Part shown: one piece after another, positions 9,149 through 18,587 of the stretch
Numbering within the stretch: the stretch's first letter is position 1
Layout: every line of letters begins with the position of its first letter
Source: a virus
Lineage: Duplodnaviria > Caudoviricetes
Virus record (IMG/VR): IMGVR_UViG_3300048502_000133
Location: 21,431 to 85,430 of that record
Direction: 5' to 3' (one strand)
DNA: 64,000 nt
Position numbers and translations under genes: made by a program
The notes under the pieces: model-generated
The model's database searches: none
The model's input: only the letters and a program-made list of their open reading frames with translations
Told to the model about the DNA's origin: nothing

Positions 9149-9615
9149 GACAGGTATCCCTTCACATACGTCTGATAATCTTCTGCCACGCGGTCATTCA
9201 AGGCGTGCCGGAGCACCGGAGCGAACGCCCCTGGTTCTTCTTCATCCAGGCTCTCCAGGTCGTATTCATGGACAACCTCCAGCCACCGGGCGTGCTGCTC
9301 TCGCCGCTCTTCGTTTCCATCGGCAATCATGACGTATGCCGGACACGCACAGGGGCTATTCAGGAGGGTGCCGTAGGCGTCGTACCAGAGATCTCGCTGG
9401 CCGCGCGTGTACTCCAGCAGCTCCTCCAGCTCCGCCGCCTGCTCCACTACCCGTACGCTGGTCTCCATGTGAGCAACGTAGCTCTGGGCCAGCTCATACC
9501 AGGGCGCCTTCGGCGTGAGGCGCGCCAGGTGCTCTTGCAGCTCCTGGCGTTGCTCCTTGAGCTGCCTGAGCAAGCCACGCAGATTTTCGCTGCGCTGCAG
9601 TGGAGTTGGGTTCAT
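9145..9615 (-). CDS. Hypothetical protein
   Basis: ATG with GGAGGA RBS; coiled-coil N-terminus. Confidence 0.6.
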   Translation of the reverse strand: MNPTPLQRSENLRGLLRQLKEQRQELQEHLARLTPKAPWYELAQSYVAHMETSVRVVEQAAELEELLEYTRGQRDLWYDAYGTLLNSPCACPAYVMIADGNEERREQHARWLEVVHEYDLESLDEEEPGAFAPVLRHALNDRVAEDYQTYVKGYLS

Positions 9616-10018
9616 GGTTCCTCCCCTTGAATCTGTGTGGCTGCTTTGCCCTGTCCAATTGCGTATCTACGTGCCACGCCTCACCCGTCCAGTCCATATG
9701 TGGAAGATCCGGGCGTCCCCCGATCGCGCCCCAGCGCTCCAGGTAACGGACCGCATGTACAGCCCCTTGCCCGTACTTTCCTCCGTAGAGGGCACGAAAC
9801 CGCCGCACAAGGTAGCGTACAAACGTGACAGAGACAAAGTGCTGGTTCGCCTTCCGACAGAGCCCACAGCGCCCCTTTTTGAGGTGGAGCGCGTAGCCAT
9901 ACAGGGTGTAGAAGCGCCCGGCGTAGGGGCAGACCACGCAGATGCGCAGGAGCCCTGTCTCCGTATCTGCCCAGGTCGCGGGGAGCGCGCGCTTCTCCGC
10001 CACCACCCACTCCGTCAC
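9494..10018 (-). CDS. Hypothetical Cys/His-containing protein
   Basis: GTG start coupled to upstream stop; C-terminus overruns the next gene by about 120 nt (possible indel). Confidence 0.4.
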   Translation of the reverse strand: MTEWVVAEKRALPATWADTETGLLRICVVCPYAGRFYTLYGYALHLKKGRCGLCRKANQHFVSVTFVRYLVRRFRALYGGKYGQGAVHAVRYLERWGAIGGRPDLPHMDWTGEAWHVDTQLDRAKQPHRFKGRNHEPNSTAAQRKSAWLAQAAQGATPGAARAPGAPHAEGALV

Positions 10019-10380
10019 AACCGGCGCGCCTCCTCTCCGGCCAGTTCGCTGATAGCCTCCTGCAGGAGATCGCCTGCCGCCTGCTGCAGGGTCTGCACCC
10101 GGTCGCTGATCTGCTCTACCATCACCTGCGTGGCCTTGATCACCGCGATTAGCTCCGGCACCGCGCGGGCAAGAAAGATCACGTCCTTGAGCGCTGCCAG
10201 CGCCCCTTCTCCTCTGGTCCCGCAGATCAAAAGTACTCTGGTGTTTCCGCCCGCGTCGGCCCCCAGGGCCACCGGCGCCTGACCGCCTAGAAAATCCTCC
10301 GCAAAGTACAGCATCGCATTGGAAAGCTGCGGGTGTGCCGCAACCAGCGCGGAGAGGGAGTCGAGATCGTCTCGTTTCAT
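10015..10380 (-). CDS. Hypothetical protein
   Basis: ATGA-coupled ORF. Confidence 0.6.
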   Translation of the reverse strand: MKRDDLDSLSALVAAHPQLSNAMLYFAEDFLGGQAPVALGADAGGNTRVLLICGTRGEGALAALKDVIFLARAVPELIAVIKATQVMVEQISDRVQTLQQAAGDLLQEAISELAGEEARRL

Positions 10381-10730
10381 GCGCCGTTCGCCTCCTGCCA
10401 GTAACGCGCGTAGGTACGCAGCTGCTCAAGCTCTGCGCGTTCAATAACCTGATACGTCTCCCCCAGAGCCAGGGTCATGTCGGCGCGCAGTCTTTCCAGG
10501 CTCTCCGCGATCGCCGCGCCCACAGCCGCCAGTGCAACCGTCCGGCCCTGGAGGTACAGATCCAGAAGAATCTCCCCCCAGTCGTTGCCGGTGTGCGTGT
10601 CGTCATGCCCCGGCCCACCCCAGCGGGCGTCCTGACGCGTGCGCTCCCCAATGATCGTCGCCCGCGCCCGACACCGATCACAGGTCAATACATTATCCCC
10701 GTCACAGGCGGGGCAGGGTGTCATGAACAT
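10377..10730 (-). CDS. Hypothetical protein with N-terminal CxxC pairs
   Basis: CPAC..CDRC; coupled ORF. Confidence 0.6.
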   Translation of the reverse strand: MFMTPCPACDGDNVLTCDRCRARATIIGERTRQDARWGGPGHDDTHTGNDWGEILLDLYLQGRTVALAAVGAAIAESLERLRADMTLALGETYQVIERAELEQLRTYARYWQEANGA

Positions 10731-11032
10731 TAATTCTGATCCGCCTTTCTGTTGCGCAAAAGCTCCCCCAGATCCGGCGGCTGCAGCCCTCGCAGGTGTT
10801 CGTCTTCCTGGTCGTTAACCTCCTTGATTTCGTCTGGACGCGGGAGCCGGACAGAGTGTACGTCTTTGACCCCGCACACCGGGCACTTGCACCGGACTAC
10901 GCGCTCTCCTACACGATGCGCAACCATAATGTCTTTCTCGCCGCAATTGCCGCAGGTGCCCATCATGAAATAGACCCCCTGCTCCACACGATCGCAGTTC
11001 TGGCAATGGCACCGCGCGTCTAGTCTATACAC
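10730..11032 (-). CDS. Zinc-ribbon protein
   Basis: CQNC, CGNC and CPVC motifs. Confidence 0.55.
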   Translation of the reverse strand: MYRLDARCHCQNCDRVEQGVYFMMGTCGNCGEKDIMVAHRVGERVVRCKCPVCGVKDVHSVRLPRPDEIKEVNDQEDEHLRGLQPPDLGELLRNRKADQN

Positions 11033-11534
11033 CTGCTGCCTCCTTTCGGCGGGTGACTTCCTCCCACCCTCTTCCGTTCCAGCGCTCTACCGGCCCCAGG
11101 TGATTACAGGGAGGTACACCGTCTTTCCTGCTGGCGCCCTTCGGCTTCGGGCGCGTCCAGAACAGCTGCTCCTTGAGATCTTCAACACTCCTGCCGCTGT
11201 CCGGTACGTAGAGCGCGCGGCAGTTCTTGCAGCGCATGAACCACGTCGCGCCCATCAGCGTCTGCTGGTTCTTTCGCAAGACGGCGACCGTCTCCAGCAA
11301 CTCCGGGATCGCCTGTCTGGACAGCGCCATGAACTCCGCGTCCGGGATGAGCACCTGTACATCCTCCCCGGACAGCACCAGATCCCCGTCCGGCCCGTCG
11401 ATGCTGACAAAATAAGCGCCGCCGACTGCGTAGCCCATATCATCGTGTTCTTGGCCGGTCTCTGCCGTCCATGGCCCTGGAGAGGCTTTTTCAAGCGCCT
11501 CCCGTATCTCCTGTTCGCGGGCTTCGCTTATCAC
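11025..11534 (-). CDS. Ead/Ea22-like phage protein with C-terminal Cys motif
   Basis: EIREALEKASPGPW..DAEFMALSRQAIPELL pattern. Confidence 0.6.
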   Translation of the reverse strand: MISEAREQEIREALEKASPGPWTAETGQEHDDMGYAVGGAYFVSIDGPDGDLVLSGEDVQVLIPDAEFMALSRQAIPELLETVAVLRKNQQTLMGATWFMRCKNCRALYVPDSGRSVEDLKEQLFWTRPKPKGASRKDGVPPCNHLGPVERWNGRGWEEVTRRKEAAGV

Positions 11535-11844
11535 GCGTGTCCTCCTTTACCGCGTTGTACACGTCTACTGACGCCGTCAGCTCCTCCACCCGTTGCAGGT
11601 ACTCGCTTATGGGACAGCTCCCCGGTACCGCAAACCACGCCGCCGCCGCCACCACTCGCTGCATCGCCGCATACTCCCGGCCACCCAGCACGACAGTGCC
11701 GGGGACGTGTGCCGGGCAGCGGGTGACACGCAGCGTGACGATGCTGTGCGGTATTCGGTACACCTCCGCAGGTTCCCCGCAGAGCGCGAACGGGATCTCC
11801 TCCTCCGGCACGTCAACTACTGCCCCACATGTTTCCCCAGTCAT
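11491..11844 (-). CDS. Hypothetical protein
   Basis: Coupled ORF with Cys/His residues. Confidence 0.5.
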   Translation of the reverse strand: MTGETCGAVVDVPEEEIPFALCGEPAEVYRIPHSIVTLRVTRCPAHVPGTVVLGGREYAAMQRVVAAAAWFAVPGSCPISEYLQRVEELTASVDVYNAVKEDTRDKRSPRTGDTGGA

Positions 11845-12281
11845 GACGGGGAGTACTTGCGCGTAGAGTCCCCTTTATAGCCCCGGATCACCGCCCGGAG
11901 CCGGTCTATTTCGCTGTGCAGCGCCCGGATCACTTCGGCGGCGCCATCCATGCGATTGTTACGGGCCACCCTATCCGGCCTCTCGTGGTGCCCGTAGGCC
12001 ATCTCCACCCAGGTGTACGGGCTGGATCCGTCTTCGTAGTCTTGAGCCTTGAGCCAGCGCACGAACTGATCCCGGTGGTCATCGCCTATGCTTGACTCGC
12101 TCCAGTTTTCGTAGGATCCGTCCGACCCCACCATGAACGTGAAGACGGTATTTACAGGCGCCACCAGCGTGCTGGACACCATGCCGCCGGCAAAGATACT
12201 TCGTGCCTTATCGCGTGCTTTCTCTGCCAGCTCCAGAGAGAACGCCGAAACCACGATCGCGTGGTGCTCTGTGTTGCTCAT
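11841..12281 (-). CDS. Hypothetical phage protein
   Basis: ATG at 12281 with AAAGGAGGAG RBS just downstream of an operator-promoter. Confidence 0.7.
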   Translation of the reverse strand: MSNTEHHAIVVSAFSLELAEKARDKARSIFAGGMVSSTLVAPVNTVFTFMVGSDGSYENWSESSIGDDHRDQFVRWLKAQDYEDGSSPYTWVEMAYGHHERPDRVARNNRMDGAAEVIRALHSEIDRLRAVIRGYKGDSTRKYSPS

Positions 12282-12301
12282 CACTCCTCCTTTCATCGGA
12301 C

Positions 12302-12330
12302 ACCATAGCACACGTTGCTACGCGTATCAA
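12302..12330 (-). promoter_or_regulatory. sigma70 promoter with operator variant CGTAGCAACG
   Basis: Minus strand TTGATA-cgCGTAGCAACGtgtgc(17)-TATGGT. Confidence 0.85.
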
Positions 12331-12581
12331 GTAGATTGTGCGATCTTTTCCAGCTCTTTCCTGCGGCGCTTGACACACTCCTTGCAATCTCCCCGCTGCC
12401 CGCCAGGCCCGGTATCCGTCACTTTCGCGGTGTACATCCAGCGCCTGCACAGGCTCATGCCGTCGATAATCCGCTTGGTGGTGTCCATTCCCTCTACCTC
12501 TATCGTGTACGCCAGCGCGGCTTCTACGGTGCTCAGGATTCCCAGGTTGGCAGGGGCAGGTACCAGCCCCCAGTGCTCCGG

Positions 12582-13217
12582 TTACGTCTGATCCGCGTTA
12601 CCGGCGCCCTCCGGTGCGGGCCGGTTCAGTCGAGTCTCCGGTATCAGCTGTAAATCAATCGCCACGCGGAACGCCATTGCCGCGATGTGCTGCAGCTCTT
12701 CATACATCGCCGCAGGATCATGCTCTTTCTTCCAGACTTCGGCCTTGAGTTCATCCAGCTCCTCCAGGATCACCGCGTACCCTTCGTGCGCGCTGGCAAT
12801 AGGTCCATGCTTCCGGACAGCTTTCCAGAGACCCGCCTGGACCATGGCCTGCATCTGCTCATGGCCTTTGGTCACCTGCAGGGCGTACGACTCACCTGCA
12901 AACGGGCTCATCATTTCGGGAGATCGTCCGGTCTTTTGGCGCATATCGACGGGCTTCTCCTTCGATGTTTCCGGCGCGTCTAGTGCATCCAGCTCCTCGT
13001 GCGTAATCTCTTTGGCCATATAGCGCGGTCGTATAGTTTTGGAGAAAAACGCGCCTTTCGACTCTGCCGCACGAAACTGACTATAGACACCAGCCGCCAC
13101 GCCCGTATAGACATACACCCTTGTAGGCTCACCCTTGAACTCCACTACCAGCGTCTTTTTATCCGCGATGTAGCCAATAGCGTGGATATTTGAGGATTCT
13201 ACGGTCTCCAGCTTCAT
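12582..13217 (-). CDS. KTSC domain fused to MazG-like (all-alpha NTP pyrophosphatase) domain
   Basis: N-term VESSNIHAIGY..TLVVEFK..Y.Y.GV..Y..F..AESKG.FF...IR (KTSC); C-term SAHEGYAVILEELDELKAEVW..EELQHIAAMA (EExxE..EE). Confidence 0.8.
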   Translation of the reverse strand: MKLETVESSNIHAIGYIADKKTLVVEFKGEPTRVYVYTGVAAGVYSQFRAAESKGAFFSKTIRPRYMAKEITHEELDALDAPETSKEKPVDMRQKTGRSPEMMSPFAGESYALQVTKGHEQMQAMVQAGLWKAVRKHGPIASAHEGYAVILEELDELKAEVWKKEHDPAAMYEELQHIAAMAFRVAIDLQLIPETRLNRPAPEGAGNADQT

Positions 13218-13426
13218 TCTTTCTCCTTTTCGTATAGAAGCACACCGGACTGCCATATCTTCAGCGGAAACATGGGGACTATCGACAGGAAAATGACTCT
13301 CCGTACCAGCTCTTCGTTTCCATTTTCCTCTGTGATTCTATTCCCCCATCTCCCGATAAATGCCCCAACCCAGAGATCTTGCGGCACGAATTTCAAGCGA
13401 ACTCGCCACTGCCATCGTATCTCCAT
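13214..13426 (-). CDS. Small hypothetical protein
   Basis: MEIRWQW..QDLWVGAF; RBS present; coupled to KTSC gene. Confidence 0.5.
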   Translation of the reverse strand: MEIRWQWRVRLKFVPQDLWVGAFIGRWGNRITEENGNEELVRRVIFLSIVPMFPLKIWQSGVLLYEKEKE

Positions 13427-13619
13427 CACCTCTCCAGCTTCTCCATCCACCCCTTGTAGATCTGCGGAAACACAGGTTGTTTTGCGTGGGTGTTGCAGAG
13501 GTACCAGTCGTACCCGTCTGCATGTTTGTTTCAATCCTCACCCGGCCTTGCGACCGGATGCGACAGCATCAGCGCCAGCGCTTCCAGCTGGATTAGATAG
13601 AACGGCGTGAGCGACCAGA

Positions 13620-14087
13620 CTAGATCTCGCGCGCGCTTTGATCGACTTGACACCGCTGGTCCTCCTCACTGGGCGGATCTTTGAGCTGCCAGATCCAGAC
13701 GATCACGCGCGCCGCTACGTGTCCCGCAAGGAGAATGCCTTCCTCGTCCTTGTCCCCGGTTATCCAGGTACTGCCGGGTAGCTCCGCCTGTACCCGCAGG
13801 CCCAGCGGCGCCATGTCCGTTTCCTCCTCCCCGCTCCTCCCCCAGGCCAGTGCCACCCGCTGGGTGCCGTCCAGGATAAAGTTGTAGGCCCAGGCCCAGG
13901 GTTTCCGGTCGATACCCATGAGGAGCGTACGCGGGTCTTCCACCAGATGCGTCATATGATGGTGAAGTTGCCGCAGCGCATCATGCAACTGCGGTGAGCA
14001 CTCAGGGGGCACCTTTCTCTCCGATAAGTACCTCCGCCTCCCTTGATACGCCACCAGCCACTGCTTGGACATACCAGTACTCCTCAT
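13620..14087 (-). CDS. Hypothetical protein
   Basis: 155 aa ORF in operon; start uncertain. Confidence 0.5.
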   Translation of the reverse strand: MRSTGMSKQWLVAYQGRRRYLSERKVPPECSPQLHDALRQLHHHMTHLVEDPRTLLMGIDRKPWAWAYNFILDGTQRVALAWGRSGEEETDMAPLGLRVQAELPGSTWITGDKDEEGILLAGHVAARVIVWIWQLKDPPSEEDQRCQVDQSAREI

Positions 14088-14289
14088 CCGGCATGACGCA
14101 CCGCAACACCCCAGGAAGCGATCGCGCCGCGTGATCCTTCGGCAACCCTTCTAGCGCCTCCCGCAGCGCTTTCGCCAGCGGCTCCCAGCCCTCCCTCCGG
14201 GAAAAAAGATCCGCAGGAAGGTTCTCCAGCCGGGTTGCCGTCTCGACAAGCGCGTTGATCCGCTCTGTCAGCTCCTGCCGTTCATTCAT
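14002..14289 (-). CDS. Hypothetical protein
   Basis: ATGA-coupled ORF. Confidence 0.55.
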   Translation of the reverse strand: MNERQELTERINALVETATRLENLPADLFSRREGWEPLAKALREALEGLPKDHAARSLPGVLRCVMPDEEYWYVQAVAGGVSREAEVLIGEKGAP

Positions 14290-14750
14290 GTCCTGAACTT
14301 CTCCAGCTTCCCTTTGCCGCTCCCCGCGTAAATGCCCACCACTACCGGCGTCCCTTCGTCCAGCCCGCCGCCCAGCTCCAGCAGCCCGGCCTGCAGCGGC
14401 GGCGTGGTGCCGCGCACCACCAGCCGGAACTCCGCGCGCTGGGTCTGGAGATCTAGCTGTGTCGATGCGTTATCGATGTACCCAGGGAAATAGCGCTCTA
14501 CCTCGTGCCCACCCGCAGTCAGGGGCAGGACCGCCGCCGCCCCCTGCTCTGACTCCAGCCGGATAAAATCCCCACCGGGCCAGCGGATCGTGATCCCCCA
14601 GTCGGTGTCCTCCTCCGGAATGATCTCTCCCTTCGACGTGCGCGTAGAGAACTCCGGTACCAGCTCCACTGACGCACCAGTATCTGCGTTCGCCCAGTCC
14701 AGGTGGCGCAAGATGGAGGCTATCTCCCAGGCCCGCGCCTCGCTAAACAC
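14286..14750 (-). CDS. Hypothetical protein, paralog of 14743..15510
   Basis: IIPEEDTDWGITIRWPGGDFIRLESEQGAAAVLP. Confidence 0.65.
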   Translation of the reverse strand: MFSEARAWEIASILRHLDWANADTGASVELVPEFSTRTSKGEIIPEEDTDWGITIRWPGGDFIRLESEQGAAAVLPLTAGGHEVERYFPGYIDNASTQLDLQTQRAEFRLVVRGTTPPLQAGLLELGGGLDEGTPVVVGIYAGSGKGKLEKFRT

Positions 14751-15510
14751 CCTTCTTTCCTTTTCCCTTGAGGGCGCCCACGACGATCTCCGCTACCTGC
14801 GTGCCCCAACGCGCCTGGGCCTCCTCGCGCTCCTTGCGTGCTGCCTCCTCCCCCGCCCGGAGCCCTGCCATGAACGCTTCGCTGCCGACCGGCCCATCCT
14901 TCGCCTGCTGCACTGTCGCCTCGTTCGCGGTCCAGACCGGCACTGCAGCCTCCCACCGCTGGAGCTGTACCGGGTCTTCCACCTTCGGGAAGTCCGTTTG
15001 CACCTCCGTAGGCGTGACTACCTGCTTCCACTGCTTGCCTTTCCTGGGCGGCTCCGCAGCGGCAATACCGATCAAGACCCTGGCACCGGGCTGTACATGA
15101 TCGAAGAAGTCAGATCCCGCAGGCGTGGCGCGCGGGCGGCGCCCGCTGATCGTCATGGTGAAGAGCTTGTCGGTATTCGGCGCGCTCGTCATGTCGATGT
15201 TGACCACGTTACAGGTCTGTACATAGCCCGGCACCGCCGCCGCCGGGCCACCGGCGCTCTCCTGTGTCGCGGCTTTGGGGGGCATGACCATCGCCGCCCC
15301 TGGCGGGCTTTCAATACGCATGGAGTCCCCGCCCGGCCAGTTCACCAGCACGTACCAGTAGCTATCCTCCGCCGGAATCTTTTCCCCGGTCAGGTCCAGC
15401 AGGTAGTCATCCGGGAGTACCTGCACCTGTGCCCCTCCAGCCACCACCCAGGGCGCGATTTTCAGCGCCTGGGCAGCGGTCCACGCCTGCTCATTGGTTA
15501 GACTGCTCAC
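14743..15510 (-). CDS. Hypothetical protein, paralog of 14286..14750
   Basis: KIPAEDSYWYVLVNWPGGDSMRIESPPGAAMVMP. Confidence 0.65.
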   Translation of the reverse strand: MSSLTNEQAWTAAQALKIAPWVVAGGAQVQVLPDDYLLDLTGEKIPAEDSYWYVLVNWPGGDSMRIESPPGAAMVMPPKAATQESAGGPAAAVPGYVQTCNVVNIDMTSAPNTDKLFTMTISGRRPRATPAGSDFFDHVQPGARVLIGIAAAEPPRKGKQWKQVVTPTEVQTDFPKVEDPVQLQRWEAAVPVWTANEATVQQAKDGPVGSEAFMAGLRAGEEAARKEREEAQARWGTQVAEIVVGALKGKGKKGV

Positions 15511-15886
15511 CGCGTAGCTCCTCCACTTCCTGCACCACCAGCACCGCGCGCCGATCGGCGCGTGCTACTTTCACCTGCTCTACCCGGAGATCGATATGGC
15601 GGATGCTGTCGTCTACGATCACCCTCCCCTTGAGGGCGTCTACCAGCGGCTTGACGGCGCCGTAGGCGTTGTCCTTATCCATGAACCGCGTCGTTGGGTA
15701 TTCCAGGGTCACCACGACTGATGCCAGGGGAAAGGGCGCCGGTGGGTGCTGCAGGTTAATCTGCAGGCCCAGGTGCCGTAAAATAGGCGCCAGGACCGAT
15801 CGACGCTTGCCCCAGTTCATACGGCTGTTGGGGTTCGGCAGTACGCCCAGTGCTTCATAGCGATATATCCGTCCTACACTTCCCAT
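15491..15886 (-). CDS. rusA: RusA-like Holliday junction resolvase
   Basis: PNPNS..; DKDNAYGAVKPLVDALKG..VDDS acidic catalytic pattern. Confidence 0.85.
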   Translation of the reverse strand: MGSVGRIYRYEALGVLPNPNSRMNWGKRRSVLAPILRHLGLQINLQHPPAPFPLASVVVTLEYPTTRFMDKDNAYGAVKPLVDALKGRVIVDDSIRHIDLRVEQVKVARADRRAVLVVQEVEELRGEQSNQ

Positions 15887-16173
15887 CCCGAAGGGCTCCA
15901 TCCGTCGCTGGCCTGCTCCACCTGCAGCCGGGGCTGTACCCACTCGCCGCCGGTTTCCTTGTCTTCCGCGCACCGGCGGGCGTGATCGCGGTCATGCTTC
16001 GCCAGAGTGAGTTCGTGCGTCAGCACATGCAGCTCCTCCAGCAGACTCTCTACCTCCTCCAGGCTAAACACGTCGCCCGGCGTCGGTGCTCTCCCCAGAT
16101 CGGCACGCAGGCGGGCGTTGTCTGCTTTCAAGCGCATGTTCACTAGCTGCTGCGTGGGGCGCCGCTTCCTCAC
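15874..16173 (-). CDS. Hypothetical coiled-coil protein
   Basis: Coupled ORF. Confidence 0.55.
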   Translation of the reverse strand: MRKRRPTQQLVNMRLKADNARLRADLGRAPTPGDVFSLEEVESLLEELHVLTHELTLAKHDRDHARRCAEDKETGGEWVQPRLQVEQASDGWSPSGWEV

Positions 16174-16631
16174 GCTTTCTTCCTCCCTTTCTTCTTTTCC
16201 GGCGCCTTCGTTACGCCGAAGACCAGCGCATCCCGCGCGGCTTTCTGGCGTGCGAAGGCATCTACTGCCGCCTGCCGACGATCGCCGCCTGTGCCCGTAA
16301 TTTTGATGCGCTGGTACAGGTTTTCCCGGTACCAGTTCTTATCGCGCGGCGCGTTGTCGTAGGGCGTGTCCATGGTGTCGGATCCGGTGATCTGCTGAAA
16401 ACAAGACCGGCAGTAGATGTTCCAGTTCTTCGCCGGTGGGCCGTAGTACGCCCGGCGCTCCGGCGGCGCGTAGCGGGAGTCCTGCAGACCCAGAAAGCAC
16501 GTAGAACAGTGACACGCGGCAACACGACGCGGATCACTGGTTTCCTCCAGCTCTCGCTCTTCTCGATCGAAGTCGTCCTCCCGAACGGGCTTCCAGAAGG
16601 GGGTCCAGCGGCGCGAAGGAGGGGCGCTCAC
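16170..16631 (-). CDS. Hypothetical protein with Cys pairs
   Basis: GTG at 16631 overlaps upstream stop; CHCSTC, CRSC. Confidence 0.55.
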   Translation of the reverse strand: MSAPPSRRWTPFWKPVREDDFDREERELEETSDPRRVAACHCSTCFLGLQDSRYAPPERRAYYGPPAKNWNIYCRSCFQQITGSDTMDTPYDNAPRDKNWYRENLYQRIKITGTGGDRRQAAVDAFARQKAARDALVFGVTKAPEKKKGRKKA

Positions 16632-16873
16632 CGGGCTAACCCAGGCCCGTAGACCACAACCACCAGACCCGCGATCGTTGCCACGAAGATCGCGGCCAAC
16701 GCCGCAGAGCCCGGCCCGCCTCCTGCCATGATAAATGCCGCCCCTGCGGCGGTCAGCAGCGCAGCCGCAGCAAGGAACGCCACTGCCACAAACCCCAGCC
16801 ATACCGCCGCGCAGAAAAATACCGCCATCCGGATCGCCTGGGCCATGCTGGGTGGGCGTCGTTTCTGGGCCAC
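16628..16873 (-). CDS. Small membrane protein (2 TM)
   Basis: Two long hydrophobic Ala-rich stretches after a basic N-terminus. Confidence 0.6.
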   Translation of the reverse strand: MAQKRRPPSMAQAIRMAVFFCAAVWLGFVAVAFLAAAALLTAAGAAFIMAGGGPGSAALAAIFVATIAGLVVVVYGPGLAR

Positions 16874-16886
16874 GCTGAACTCCCCA

Positions 16887-17180
16887 CTAGACTACGCAGA
16901 ACAACTTATGCAACCCAGGGCGCGGCTCCAGATAGTATTCCGATCGCCGCACCGGGCCAGCGGAGAAGGCGTACCCTGCAGGGCCGGTGATGTGGACTGC
17001 CACCAGATCGATGGTGATGCAGAACCCACCATCCAGCACCATATACGCTCCTTGAGACGTACTCTTCGCCTCCTCCACTGTCCCCTCAAACGTAGGCCCG
17101 CCGGTGATGTGCAGCTCCACCCGATTGCCGGGCGCCAGCCTACCGGCCAGCACGCCTCCTTCCTGATTTCGCCCCATCAC
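16887..17180 (-). CDS. Hypothetical small beta-barrel-like protein
   Basis: AAAGGAGG RBS; follows an operator-promoter. Confidence 0.6.
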   Translation of the reverse strand: MMGRNQEGGVLAGRLAPGNRVELHITGGPTFEGTVEEAKSTSQGAYMVLDGGFCITIDLVAVHITGPAGYAFSAGPVRRSEYYLEPRPGLHKLFCVV

Positions 17181-17204
17181 CGCCTCCTTTCGTTTGCTGG
17201 TCCT

Positions 17205-17234
17205 ACTCTATCACACGTAGCAACGGGTGTACAA
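17205..17234 (-). promoter_or_regulatory. sigma70-like promoter with operator variant CGTTGCTACG
   Basis: Minus strand TTGTAC-accCGTTGCTACGtgtga(18)-TAGAGT. Confidence 0.7.
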
Positions 17235-17239
17235 GTGGG

Positions 17240-17593
17240 TTATGGGCGCCACTTGCGGAGAAGTTCATGCCCGCGCGGGTCAATCGTGATACCTATCTCA
17301 CTGGCCTTGAACCCTGGAAAACGGGTCTCATACTGCTGGTCCAGCAGGATAGCCTCCTCACAGAGGGTATGCGCCCACTCTTCGCGCGTACAGATGTTTT
17401 TCTCGATCAACAGGCGAATAATCGCGCTCTGCTCTGCCCGCAGGATCATGCTTAACTCGCGGTGATCCCGGACAGCATCGCACTCCGGATCGCCAACGGG
17501 GCGCGTCCCCAGTTGCCAGCCCGCGAAGACGGTGCGCCATTTCCGAAGCACCAGCAGCGCCGTACGTAACTCATCTATCGTGCGCATTGACAT
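17240..17593 (-). CDS. Hypothetical phage protein
   Basis: 117 aa ORF with RBS. Confidence 0.6.
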   Translation of the reverse strand: MSMRTIDELRTALLVLRKWRTVFAGWQLGTRPVGDPECDAVRDHRELSMILRAEQSAIIRLLIEKNICTREEWAHTLCEEAILLDQQYETRFPGFKASEIGITIDPRGHELLRKWRP

Positions 17594-17715
17594 CAGGTTC
17601 TCTCTCTTTTCGCTCCCGGTACTCCCGGCGGCGTGGGCTCCTGGTACTTCGCCGCAGAAAGCGAGAGCTTCTGCACCAGGCTCAATAGGATCCGCTCCTT
17701 GTCGGTCATCTCCAT

Positions 17716-18579
17716 CTAGGCGCTCCTGAAGGCTTCAAACGCGGGCTTGTACATGATCCCGAAGTGCAGCGGCGGTGCGGCGTTCGCGGCGTCCAGGAGG
17801 GTAAACACCAGGCACCCCTCTACCTTTCCGCTGGCGCGCGCCAGCTTGAACAGTAGCTCCAGGTTCGACGCCTGCAGCTCCAGACTGACCTTTGACGTGT
17901 CCCAGCCTGCTTCGGTGATAAACACCGGCAGTTTGAACCGGGTCTCCAAATCCGCCAGCATCGCCGTAAAATGCTCCGCCTGCAGCCCGCCCGCCTGATC
18001 CAGGTACGGGTGCCAGCCGATGCACTGGACGCGCTTCGTGAACCCGGCAACGTGCGAGATAGCCTCTGTGAGGTAGGCGCCCCCGGAGGTAACATGCGCG
18101 AACAGCCCACCGGTGATCACGCGCGATTGCGGGCTCACCCGCGCCAGGACGTTAAGCGCCCCTTCCAGCAGCGTGCCGTAAACCAATGGATGCAGCCCGG
18201 TTTCCCCTGGGTTAGAGTTAGGTTCGTTCCAGATCTCGACGTAATCAATCACGTCTCCGCCGCCGATGCGCGCCAGCGCGTTTTCAAACGCGGTGAGCCA
18301 GGTCTGAATATGCGCCGCCGGGACGGTCGCGGTCGTCCACTGCGCGGGGCTGATCTGGGGCGTCAGGGCCATGCCGCACAGCAGCACCATCTTCATCGGT
18401 TCGTTTTTACGCATGTACGTGATATAGCCATCGTTCAGGCCGGGTGTCGCTTCGATACGCAATGCAGTGCAGCCGCGCGCCTGCATTGCGCGGTATTGAT
18501 CCGTCCCCAGGTAGGTGTTGGTCTCCTGGGAGAGCGCCACCCCCTTGACAAACGGATCGGCGCCCGTCTCTTCTTCCAC
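17716..18579 (-). CDS. Clan GH-A glycoside hydrolase (GH5/GH39-like)
   Basis: YVEIWNEPN (acid/base Glu), IGWHPY, PVFITEAGW (nucleophile Glu). Confidence 0.85.
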   Translation of the reverse strand: MEEETGADPFVKGVALSQETNTYLGTDQYRAMQARGCTALRIEATPGLNDGYITYMRKNEPMKMVLLCGMALTPQISPAQWTTATVPAAHIQTWLTAFENALARIGGGDVIDYVEIWNEPNSNPGETGLHPLVYGTLLEGALNVLARVSPQSRVITGGLFAHVTSGGAYLTEAISHVAGFTKRVQCIGWHPYLDQAGGLQAEHFTAMLADLETRFKLPVFITEAGWDTSKVSLELQASNLELLFKLARASGKVEGCLVFTLLDAANAAPPLHFGIMYKPAFEAFRSA

Positions 18580-18587
18580 AGTTCCTC

